Positions 41,451-50,144 of a DNA stretch of 64,000 bases are shown here, in pieces. The stretch comes from Defluviicoccus sp. (GTDB lineage Bacteria > Pseudomonadota > Alphaproteobacteria > MPNO01), in the NCBI GenBank assembly GCA_028820505.1, contig JAPPIT010000017.1, forward strand, positions 1,409-65,408. Direction: 5' to 3'. The notes beneath the pieces are model-generated. The model was not told where the DNA came from and did not search any database. It was given only the letters and a program-made list of their open reading frames with translations. The position numbers were made by a program, and so were the translations under genes. Position 1 is the first letter of the stretch, and every line of letters begins with the position of its first letter.

Positions 41451-42859
41451 GCTTCGAGCACCCAGGTGTCCTTGGTCCCGCCGCCCTGGGAGGAGTTCAC
41501 CACCAGCGAACCCTCGGTCAGCGCGACCCGGGTCAACCCGCAGGGCACGACGCTGACCGTCTCCCCGCTCAGCACGTAGGGGCGGAGGTCGACATGGCGG
41601 GGCGCGATGCCCTCGTCGACGAAGGTCGGACAATGCGACAACGCAAGCGTCGGCTGGGCGATGAAATTCTCCGGGCAGTCGAGAATCCGGGCGCGATAGG
41701 CTTCGCGCTCTTCGGCGGTGCTCATCGGGCCGACCAGCATGCCGTAACCGCCCGAGCCGTGGACCTCCTTGACCACCAGATCCGCGAGGTTCTCCAGCGT
41801 GTAGGCGAGATCGTCGGGTTTGCGCAGCACATAGGTCTCGACGTTTTCGAGAATCGGCTCCTCGCTCAGGTAGAAGCGGATGACTTCCGGCACGAACGGA
41901 TAGATCGACTTGTCGTCGGCGAATCCCGTGCCGAACGCGTTCGCGAGCGTCACGCGGCCGCTGCGGCAGACCGACAGGAGCCCCGGCACGCCCAGAGTGG
42001 AATCGGGGCGAAAGACCAGCGGGTCCATGAATTCGTCGTTGATCCTGCGGTAGATCACGTCGACCCGCACGAGGCCCTCGATGGTCCGCATCAACACCTG
42101 GCCGTCGCGCACCGTGAGATCCTGCCCCTCGACCAGCTCGACCCCCATCTGGTCGGCGAGAAACGCGTGCTCGAAATAGGCGCTGTTGTAGGAGCCGGGG
42201 GTAAGCACGACTACCGTCGGATCGTCCACCCCCGGCGGTGCGGTGGCACGCAGGTTGCGCAGGAGCTCTTGAGGGTAGTGCTCGACCGCCTGAACGTCGA
42301 CGCTGGAGAAAAGGTCGGGGAAAAGCCGCATCATCGTGTTGCGGTTCTCCAGCATGTAGGAGACGCCCGACGGCGAGCGGAGATTGTCCTCCAGGACGTA
42401 AAACCGATCCTCGGACACGCGGACGATGTCGATCCCGGCAACGTGGACATAGACGTCGCGCGGGACGTCGAGGCCGTGCATGTGCGGTTCGATCAGGGCA
42501 TTCGCCAGCAGGGTCTCGGCCGGCAGCACGCCGGCCCGGATAATCTCGCGCTCGTGGTAGATGTCGTGGACGAACATGTTTAGCGCGCGCACGCGCTGTA
42601 TCAGCCCCGCGGAAAGCTGCTCCCACTCCTGGGCCGAGAAAATCCGAGGGACGATGTCGAACGGGATCAGGCGCTCGGCCCCGCCTTCCCGACCGTAGAC
42701 CAGGAATGTTATGCCGAGACGGCGGAACAGCATCTCGGCCTCGTCGCGCTTGGATTTTAGGCGGTCGACAGGTGTGTTTTCGAGCCACTCGGCGAGCGCC
42801 CGGTAGGCGCTTCGCACCTCCCCGTCCGGCAGGTTCATCTCGTCGAAGAAGCGCGTCAC
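41447..42859 (-). CDS. Circularly permuted type 2 ATP-grasp protein
   Basis: LFRRLGITF, PFDIVPR, EDNLRSPSGVSYMLENR, YRRINDEFMDPL and SLVVNSSQGGGTKDTWV; GTG 42859 after GGAGG. Confidence 0.94.
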   Translation of the reverse strand: MTRFFDEMNLPDGEVRSAYRALAEWLENTPVDRLKSKRDEAEMLFRRLGITFLVYGREGGAERLIPFDIVPRIFSAQEWEQLSAGLIQRVRALNMFVHDIYHEREIIRAGVLPAETLLANALIEPHMHGLDVPRDVYVHVAGIDIVRVSEDRFYVLEDNLRSPSGVSYMLENRNTMMRLFPDLFSSVDVQAVEHYPQELLRNLRATAPPGVDDPTVVVLTPGSYNSAYFEHAFLADQMGVELVEGQDLTVRDGQVLMRTIEGLVRVDVIYRRINDEFMDPLVFRPDSTLGVPGLLSVCRSGRVTLANAFGTGFADDKSIYPFVPEVIRFYLSEEPILENVETYVLRKPDDLAYTLENLADLVVKEVHGSGGYGMLVGPMSTAEEREAYRARILDCPENFIAQPTLALSHCPTFVDEGIAPRHVDLRPYVLSGETVSVVPCGLTRVALTEGSLVVNSSQGGGTKDTWVLEA

Positions 42860-42917
42860 CAGCGCCCTCCATACCGTCGCCAAGCCGACCGATACCGCCG
42901 ACGAATAGAGCGAATCC

Positions 42918-45128
42918 CTACAGGAAAGTATAGGGGTCGATGTCGACATGGATGCGGACCCCGCGTCGCAGCGAGACCTGGCGCAGCCAACGCTCGATCG
43001 CCGGCTGGATCCGGACACCCTGCGGGGCCTTGACCAGGAAGCGACGGCGATGCCGCCCGCGGACGAGCGCAAGGGGAGCGGGCGCAGGACCGAGAACGCT
43101 TGTTTCGCCGCCGCGCGGTGCGGCGCGGCCGAGGGCGCGGCAGGCGGCATCGACCGCCGGCTCGTCGCGTCCCGAGACGACGATCCCGGCAAGACGGCCG
43201 AAGGGCGGCATTCCGTGGCTTTCGCGCGCCCGCGCCTCGCTGGCCAGAAATCCGTCGCGGTCTCCCGCGACCAGCGCCGCCATCACGGGGTGGTCGGGAT
43301 TGTAGGTCTGTATGAGCGCACGGCCGGGCCGGGAGGCCCGACCGGCGCGTCCCGCGACCTGGTGCAGCACCTGGAAGCTGCGTTCGGCGGCGCGCAGGTC
43401 GCCGCCGTCGAGCCCGAGATCGGCATCGACCACTCCGACCAGGGTAAGGTCCGGAAAGTTGTGCCCCTTGGCGACGAGCTGGGTGCCGATGACGATATCG
43501 TAATCGTGTCGCCTGATCCCTACGATCAGCTCTTCCGCGGCGGCGGCGCTTCGCAGCGCGTCGCTCGACATCAACGCGGTCCGCGCGCCGGGAAAAGCCT
43601 CGGCGGCTTCCTCGGACAGGCGTTCGACGCCGGGGCCGCAGGCGACGAACGCATCGTCGGCCTCGCATTTCGGGCAGGTTTCCGGCGGCCTGGCGGCGAA
43701 ACCGCAGTGATGGCATTGCAGCCTGCGGGTCAGGCGGTGGTCCACCAGCCATGCGCTGCAGTTGGGGCATTCGATCCGGTGGCCGCAGGCGCGGCACAGG
43801 GTGAGCGGCGCGTAGCCGCGGCGGTTGAGAAAGAGGAGCGCCTGCTCGCCGCCATCCAGCGTCCGCGTCACGGCTTCGCGCAGGGTGGGCGAGAGCCAGG
43901 TCTCGGGGGGAAGCGACTCGCCGCGCATGTCGATAGCGGCGATCCCGGGCATCGCCGAGCCGCCGAAACGTTCCGGAAGAACGATCCGCTCGTAGCGGCC
44001 GCGCTCGACATTGATCACCGTCTCGAGGGTGGGCGTCGCGGAAGCAAGCACGACCGGACAGGCCGCGTGGCGCGCCCGCACGATCGCGATGTCGCGGGCG
44101 TTGTAGATCACCCCGTCCTCCTGCTTGAAGCTGCCGTCGTGCTCCTCGTCGACGACGATCAGCCCGAGATCGGGAAACGGCAGGAACAGCGCCGAACGGG
44201 CCCCGACCACGACACGCGCTCTGCCGGTCGACACCGCGCGCCAGGTCTCCCGCCGCCGCGCCCCGGTGACGTCGGAATGCCAATGGAGCGGCGGCGCGCC
44301 GAACCGGCTCTCGAAGCGCCGCAGCCAATCGACGGTGAGCGCGATCTCCGGCAGCAGCACGAGCACCTGACGCCCGCGCGCCAGCGCGGCGGCTATGGCC
44401 TCGAAATAGACCTCCGTCTTGCCCGAGCCGGTGATCCCGTCCAGCAGCGTCACCTTCCCGGCGGCGCCCGCGGCGATCTGTCCCCGAAGACGCGTCGCGG
44501 CGCTTGCTTGCGACGGGGTGAGGCTTGGGCCCCGCCGTTGCCAGTCGGGCTGCGGGATTTCCATCGCCGGTTCGACCGAGACCGCGCGCACGATGCCGTG
44601 GCCCACCAGTCCGCGTACCACGCCCGCGCCGGTTCCCGTCGCGCGCGCGATTTCCGCCGCCTTGCGGGCGCATCCGTCGGCGAGCAAATCCAGAACGCGT
44701 TTGCGGGCATCGGTCAAACGCACTCCATCGGACGACACCGACGGCGCGATCGCGTAGGCGGTCTCGACCCGCGGGGGATCGAGCGCCTCCGGTACGCTCA
44801 TCGCCATGCGCAGCACCGCGCCGGGCGGCGTCATCGTGTAGGAAGCGGTCCAGGCGACGGTCTGCACGAGGTCTGCCGGAAGCGGCGGAATATCGAGCGC
44901 GGCGGCGACGTCGCGCAACTTCGATTCGTCGACATCGCCCTCGGCCTCGCCCCATACGACGCCGGTCACCTCGCGAACGCCGAGCGGTACCCGGACGAAC
45001 CGGCCGGGCGCGAGATCCATGCCCTCGGGAACCCGGTAGTCGTAGGCTCCTGCGACCGGCAGGGGGATCAGGATCGCGGTCCTGTCGGAGACGATTCGCG
45101 ACGGCGTCCTGACAAGCCCGGGCTTCAT
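42918..45128 (-). CDS. priA: Primosomal protein N'
   Basis: GITGSGKTEVY, DEEHD, LNRRGY, two CxxC pairs, GTQLVAKGHNF and QVAGRAGR. Confidence 0.97.
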   Translation of the reverse strand: MKPGLVRTPSRIVSDRTAILIPLPVAGAYDYRVPEGMDLAPGRFVRVPLGVREVTGVVWGEAEGDVDESKLRDVAAALDIPPLPADLVQTVAWTASYTMTPPGAVLRMAMSVPEALDPPRVETAYAIAPSVSSDGVRLTDARKRVLDLLADGCARKAAEIARATGTGAGVVRGLVGHGIVRAVSVEPAMEIPQPDWQRRGPSLTPSQASAATRLRGQIAAGAAGKVTLLDGITGSGKTEVYFEAIAAALARGRQVLVLLPEIALTVDWLRRFESRFGAPPLHWHSDVTGARRRETWRAVSTGRARVVVGARSALFLPFPDLGLIVVDEEHDGSFKQEDGVIYNARDIAIVRARHAACPVVLASATPTLETVINVERGRYERIVLPERFGGSAMPGIAAIDMRGESLPPETWLSPTLREAVTRTLDGGEQALLFLNRRGYAPLTLCRACGHRIECPNCSAWLVDHRLTRRLQCHHCGFAARPPETCPKCEADDAFVACGPGVERLSEEAAEAFPGARTALMSSDALRSAAAAEELIVGIRRHDYDIVIGTQLVAKGHNFPDLTLVGVVDADLGLDGGDLRAAERSFQVLHQVAGRAGRASRPGRALIQTYNPDHPVMAALVAGDRDGFLASEARARESHGMPPFGRLAGIVVSGRDEPAVDAACRALGRAAPRGGETSVLGPAPAPLALVRGRHRRRFLVKAPQGVRIQPAIERWLRQVSLRRGVRIHVDIDPYTFL

Positions 45129-45193
45129 GAATTACACTTTAGTGCCTCGTTCCGAGGCGTTCACGCAGCGTCGCCCGCGAGGAAGGGAAGCGC

Positions 45194-45856
45194 ATGAAGT
45201 TCTTCGTCGACACTGCGGACGTCGATGAAATCCGCGAGCTTGCCGCGACCGGACTCCTCGACGGCGTGACCACCAACCCTTCCCTGGTGGCGAAGTCGGG
45301 CCGGCCCTTCCTGGAGGTGATTCGGGAGATCTGCGAGATCGTCGACGGTCCGGTCAGCGCCGAAGTCACCGCGACGGATCATTCGACGATGCTGTCCGAG
45401 GGCCGCAAGCTCGCCCAGCTCGCGGGCAACGTCGCCGTCAAGGTTCCGCTGACGCCCGACGGCCTCAAGACCTGCCGGGCGCTGGCCGATGACGGGGTGA
45501 TGGTCAACGTCACGCTCTGCTTTTCGCCGAGCCAGTCGATTCTCGCCGCCAAGGCCGGCGCCGCCTTCGTGTCGCCGTTCATCGGCCGCCTCGACGACAT
45601 CAGCCGCGACGGGATGGGGCTGATCGCGGACATCCGCATGATCTACGACAACTACGAGGAGTTCGCGACGGAGATACTCGTGGCTTCGATACGCAGCCCC
45701 AACCATGTCGCCGAGGCCGCCAAGATCGGCGCCGACGTGGCGACCATCCCGCCGGGCGTGATCCGTCAGCTGTTCAACCATCCGCTGACCGACAAGGGCC
45801 TCGACGCCTTCCTCGCGGACTGGGCCAGGACCGGCCAGTCCATCCTCGACGCGTGA
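45194..45856 (+). CDS. fsa: Fructose-6-phosphate aldolase / short transaldolase
   Basis: [25 protein letters not shown]-like [11 protein letters not shown] and ASIRSP. Confidence 0.93.
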   Translation: MKFFVDTADVDEIRELAATGLLDGVTTNPSLVAKSGRPFLEVIREICEIVDGPVSAEVTATDHSTMLSEGRKLAQLAGNVAVKVPLTPDGLKTCRALADDGVMVNVTLCFSPSQSILAAKAGAAFVSPFIGRLDDISRDGMGLIADIRMIYDNYEEFATEILVASIRSPNHVAEAAKIGADVATIPPGVIRQLFNHPLTDKGLDAFLADWARTGQSILDA

Positions 45857-45860
45857 GTCG

Positions 45861-46562
45861 ATGTCCAAGGCCGTCGACGACCGGGAAATCGGCCCCACGC
45901 CAGAGCTTACCGCGGAAGCCGTCCGTGAATGGCTCCTGGCCAACCCCGATTTCCTGGACCGGAACATCGACCTGCTGATCGCGCGGGACGACGACGACGC
46001 GGAGCACATTCCGGGTGTGGTCGATTTGCGCCACCGCATCCTCGAGGGCTTGCGGCGCAGCCTCGAACGCCAGAAGGCGCGCGAGCGCGAGATACTGCTC
46101 GCCGCCGAAGACCGCGCCCGGACGGCGGCGCGGACCCAGGACGCGGTCCTGCTGGTCCTCAGGCAAAACTCCCTCAACGCGCTGGCCCAGCGGGTCGCCG
46201 CGCAGTTTCCGGTGCTGTTTTCGAGCACCGCGGCGTCGTTGATCGTCGAGGGCGAGCCCGAGGCGGGACACGGGGATCTGATGACGCTCCGGGCGGACGC
46301 GCTGGACGCGCTGATCCGCCCGGGCGAAGAGGTCCGCCTGGGCAGGGCGACGGAAAAGGACCGCGGCGTTCTCGGCGACCGGTTCTCGCTGGTCGAATCG
46401 CTCGCGATCGTCCGACTGGGAACCCGGCGCGGCCGCTTTCTCCTCGCTCTCGGCTCGTCGGCGGCGGACGGCTTTACCGCGGATCAGGGGACCGACCTCC
46501 TCGACTTCCTGGGCAGCGTGCTGGAGGTCGCGATCGACAGATGGCCGCGCCACCGGCGCTAG
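45861..46562 (+). CDS. DUF484 family protein
   Basis: VREWLLANPDFL, VVDL, LALGS...F...QGTDLL.FL; typical position before xerC. Confidence 0.85.
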   Translation: MSKAVDDREIGPTPELTAEAVREWLLANPDFLDRNIDLLIARDDDDAEHIPGVVDLRHRILEGLRRSLERQKAREREILLAAEDRARTAARTQDAVLLVLRQNSLNALAQRVAAQFPVLFSSTAASLIVEGEPEAGHGDLMTLRADALDALIRPGEEVRLGRATEKDRGVLGDRFSLVESLAIVRLGTRRGRFLLALGSSAADGFTADQGTDLLDFLGSVLEVAIDRWPRHRR

Positions 46563-47491
46563 ACCGCTTCGCGGCCGCGCCCGACCTCGCCGAGGCGATC
46601 GCCGCCTGGCAAAGCTGGCTGGAGACCGAGCGCCGCCTGTCGGTCCACACCGGCGCGGCCTATATGCGCGACCTCAAGCTCTTTCTCGATTTCCTGGTGG
46701 AACACCAAGGCGGGTTGGCCGATCTCGCCGCGCTCGAGGGGCTCGGACACGGCGATTTCCGCTCCTACCTCGCGCAGCGGGCAATGAACGACCGGGCGCG
46801 CAGCTCGACGGCGCGCGCCCTTTCGGTGCTCCGCGGCTTCTTCCGCTTTCTCGAACGGACCGACCGGGCCCGCAACGGTGCGATCGGAGCGGTCAGGACG
46901 CCCCGCCTGCCCCACAGCGTTCCGAAACCCGTCGCCGCCCGGGACGCGCTCGCGATCGTCGCCGAAGCCGGCGACACCGCCCGCAAGAAGCCGTGGGTCG
47001 CCGCGCGCGATACGGCGCTCCTCCTGCTGCTCTACGGTGCCGGTCTCCGCATCGACGAGGCCTTGAGCCTGAACGAGGATCAGGCGCCGTTGGGCGACTC
47101 GCTGCGCGTGTTGGGAAAGGGCGGCAAGGAACGCATCGTCCCGATCCTGCCCGCGGTTCGCGAGGCGGTGGCGGCCTATTTGCAGGCATGTCCCTATGTC
47201 GTTCCGGGCGGCCCGCTCTTCCTCGGGACGCGCGGCGGGCGGCTCAACGCGGGCGTCGTCCAGCGCGAGCTGCGCAGGATCCGGGGCGCTCTCGGCCTGC
47301 CGGAAACCGCCACGCCGCACGCGCTGCGCCACAGCTTCGCGACCCATCTGCTGCAGGCCGGCGGCGACCTCCGCGCGATCCAGGAGCTCCTCGGCCACGC
47401 CTCGCTGTCCACGACGCAGCGCTATACCGAGGTCGACACCGCGACGCTGGTCGCCGTCTACAACGAGGCCCATCCGCGCGCCCGAGGCTGA
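46541..47491 (+). CDS. xerC: Tyrosine recombinase XerC
   Basis: LYGAGLRIDE, GKGGKER, TPHALRHSFATHLL..GGDLRAIQELLGHASLSTTQRY; ATG 46541. Confidence 0.95.
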   Translation: MAAPPALDRFAAAPDLAEAIAAWQSWLETERRLSVHTGAAYMRDLKLFLDFLVEHQGGLADLAALEGLGHGDFRSYLAQRAMNDRARSSTARALSVLRGFFRFLERTDRARNGAIGAVRTPRLPHSVPKPVAARDALAIVAEAGDTARKKPWVAARDTALLLLLYGAGLRIDEALSLNEDQAPLGDSLRVLGKGGKERIVPILPAVREAVAAYLQACPYVVPGGPLFLGTRGGRLNAGVVQRELRRIRGALGLPETATPHALRHSFATHLLQAGGDLRAIQELLGHASLSTTQRYTEVDTATLVAVYNEAHPRARG

Positions 47492-47512
47492 TCCCCGGCC
47501 GCGCACGGCGGC

Positions 47513-48928
47513 TCACAGGTGGATTTGACGGCCCTCGACCGCGAGCGCGGCTTCCTTGACCGCCTCGTTCAGCGTCGGATGCGCGTGGCAGGTGCGCGCG
47601 ATGTCTTCCGACGACGCGCCGAACTCGATCGCGAGCGCGAGCTCGGCGATCATCGTCCCGGCCTCGGGACCGACGATATGGGCGCCGAGGACCGCGTCCG
47701 TGTCGGCGTCGGCGATAATTTTCACGAACCCGTCGCCGGCGCCCTTGCCGCGGGCGCGCGCGTTGGCGGAGAACGGGAACCTCCCGATCTTCACGGGATG
47801 CCCCTGCTCGTTCAACTCTTCCTCGGTCTTTCCGACCGAAGCGGCCTCGGGCGCGGTGTAGACGACGCCCGGAATGGCATCGTAGTTGATGTGTCCCGCC
47901 TGGCCCGCAATCGTTTCGACCGCGGCGATTCCCTCCTCCTCGGCCTTGTGAGCCAGCATGGGACCGGGGATCGCGTCGCCGACGGCGAATATCCCCTTCA
48001 CGCCGGTCTCGAACCGCCGGTCGACGGAGACGAACCCGCGATTGTCGCGCTCGACCCCCGCCTCCTCCAGCCCGAGACCGCCGGTGAACGGCCGCCGCCC
48101 GACCGCGACCAGGACCGCGTCGCAGTCGAGGGTCTCGCCACCGCCGCCGCCGACCGGTTCGAGCGCTACCCGCAGGGAGTCTTCCCGCGTCTCGGCCCCG
48201 ACCACCCCGGTGGCGGTCCTGAACGCCATGCCCTGCCGCTCGAGCAGGCGGGCCATTTGTCCGGCAACCTCGCCATCCATCGCCGGCAGGATACGGTCCA
48301 GATACTCGACGACAGTCACCTTCGCGCCCAGCCGCTGCCAGACCGAACCCAGCTCGAGCCCGATATAGCCGCCGCCGACCACGACGAGATGTCGGGGCAC
48401 GGCCGGTAGAGAGAGCGCACCCGTCGAGGACACGATTTTCGTCTCGTCGATGTCGAGTCCCTGGAGCGTCGCAGGCTCCGACCCCGTGGCGATGAGGATC
48501 CTGTCGCACTCCAGAACCCTGGATTCTCCTGTCCCGTCGACCGGATCGACCTGGATCCGCCCGGGCCGAACGATGCACGCGCGGCCGGTGATCCCGTCGA
48601 CCCCGTTCTTTCTGAACAGGAAGGCGATCCCCCTGGTCAGGTCGCCGACCACCTTGTCTTTCCTTGCCAGCATCGTAGGGAGGTCGAACGAGAGGCCTTC
48701 GAACGAGACCCCGTGATCCCCGAGATGGTCCCGCGCCTCGACGAGGCGCTCCGTGGACTCGAGCAGCGCCTTGGACGGGATGCAGCCGACATTGAGGCAG
48801 GTTCCGCCCCAGGTCGCGCGCTTGTCGACGCAGGCGACGGAGAAGCCGAGCTGGGCCGCCCGGATGGCGGCGGCATACCCGCCCGGCCCGGCGCCGATGA
48901 CGATCAGATCGTAACGCTGGCCGGACAC
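47513..48928 (-). CDS. lpdA: Dihydrolipoamide dehydrogenase
   Basis: GAGPGGY, GGTCLNVGCIPSK and HAHPTLNEA. Confidence 0.98.
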   Translation of the reverse strand: MSGQRYDLIVIGAGPGGYAAAIRAAQLGFSVACVDKRATWGGTCLNVGCIPSKALLESTERLVEARDHLGDHGVSFEGLSFDLPTMLARKDKVVGDLTRGIAFLFRKNGVDGITGRACIVRPGRIQVDPVDGTGESRVLECDRILIATGSEPATLQGLDIDETKIVSSTGALSLPAVPRHLVVVGGGYIGLELGSVWQRLGAKVTVVEYLDRILPAMDGEVAGQMARLLERQGMAFRTATGVVGAETREDSLRVALEPVGGGGGETLDCDAVLVAVGRRPFTGGLGLEEAGVERDNRGFVSVDRRFETGVKGIFAVGDAIPGPMLAHKAEEEGIAAVETIAGQAGHINYDAIPGVVYTAPEAASVGKTEEELNEQGHPVKIGRFPFSANARARGKGAGDGFVKIIADADTDAVLGAHIVGPEAGTMIAELALAIEFGASSEDIARTCHAHPTLNEAVKEAALAVEGRQIHL

Positions 48929-48938
48929 CGCGCGGTCT

Positions 48939-50123
48939 TCAGGCTTCGAGCAGGATGCGCTCGGGATCCTCGATGCATTCCTTGACGCGGACGAGGAACG
49001 TCACCGCCTCGCGCCCGTCGACGATCCGGTGATCGTATGAAAGCGCGAGATACATCATCGGGCGCACCGCCACCTCGTCGTCCACCACGACGGCGCGCTT
49101 TTCGATCTTGTGCATCCCGAGGATGCCGGACTGGGGCGGGTTCAGGATCGGCGTGGACAACAACGAGCCGTAGACCCCGCCATTGGTGACGGTGAACGTC
49201 CCGCCCGTCAGGTCGTTCATCGTCAGCGTGCCGTCGCGCGCGCGGCTGCCGAGCTCGGCGATGCCCGCCTCGATCCCGGAGAAGGAGAGCGCGTCGGCGT
49301 CGCGCAGCACCGGCACCACCAGCCCCTGTTCGGTGCCGACCGCGACCGCGATGTCGTAATGGTTCTTGTAGACGATGTCGGTGCCGTCGATCTGGGCGTT
49401 GACCGCCGGCACTTCCTTGAGCGCCACGACGGCGGCCTTGACGAAGAAGCTCATGAACCCGAGGCGGACGCCGTGCTTCTTCTCGAAGGCCTCCCGGAGG
49501 CGGGCGCGCGTCTCGACGACCGCCGACATGTCGACCTCGTTGAAGGTGGTCAGCATCGCCGCGGTGTTCTGGGCTTCCTTGAGCCGTTCCGCGATGCGCT
49601 GGCGCAGCCGGGTCATCGGCACGCGCTCTTCGCGCGCCCCGGCCAGCGCCGCGGCGGGGGCGGGCGGAGGCGGCGGTTCGGGAGGGATGTCCGAAGCGGC
49701 GGCAAGATGGGCCAGGACGTCGCCCTTGGTCAGCCGCCCGCCTTTTCCGGTTCCGGCGATTGCCGCGGGATCGAGCCCGTGCTCGTCCACCAGCTTGCGC
49801 ACCGCGGGCGAAAGCGATGGCGCCGCCGCGGGCGGCGACCGCTCGGGCCGGACGGCCGTTTGCGAAGCCGGCGCGGCATTCCCCTCACCGGCCTCGATCG
49901 AACCGAGAACGGCCCCGACCTCGACGGTCTGGCCTTCGGCGACATCGATGGCGCCGAGCACGCCGGCGGTCGCGGCGGGCACTTCCAGCGTGATCTTGTC
50001 GGTCTCGAGCTCGACGAGAGGCTCGTCCATCGCGACCGCGTCCCCGGCCGACTTGAGCCATTTGGAAACCGTCGCCTCGGTCACGGACTCGCCGAGCGCG
50101 GGTACCACGATCTGGGTCGCCAT
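48939..50123 (-). CDS. sucB: 2-oxoglutarate dehydrogenase E2
   Basis: Lipoyl ETDK, binding domain [11 protein letters not shown] and DHRIVDG. Confidence 0.98.
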   Translation of the reverse strand: MATQIVVPALGESVTEATVSKWLKSAGDAVAMDEPLVELETDKITLEVPAATAGVLGAIDVAEGQTVEVGAVLGSIEAGEGNAAPASQTAVRPERSPPAAAPSLSPAVRKLVDEHGLDPAAIAGTGKGGRLTKGDVLAHLAAASDIPPEPPPPPAPAAALAGAREERVPMTRLRQRIAERLKEAQNTAAMLTTFNEVDMSAVVETRARLREAFEKKHGVRLGFMSFFVKAAVVALKEVPAVNAQIDGTDIVYKNHYDIAVAVGTEQGLVVPVLRDADALSFSGIEAGIAELGSRARDGTLTMNDLTGGTFTVTNGGVYGSLLSTPILNPPQSGILGMHKIEKRAVVVDDEVAVRPMMYLALSYDHRIVDGREAVTFLVRVKECIEDPERILLEA

Positions 50124-50144
50124 CGTCTCCTCTCTCCGCCGGCC

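Noticed and set aside
46541-47491. Tyrosine recombinase as a mobile-element integrase
   Set aside because: Sequence and the fsa-DUF484-xerC-lpdA context identify housekeeping XerC.
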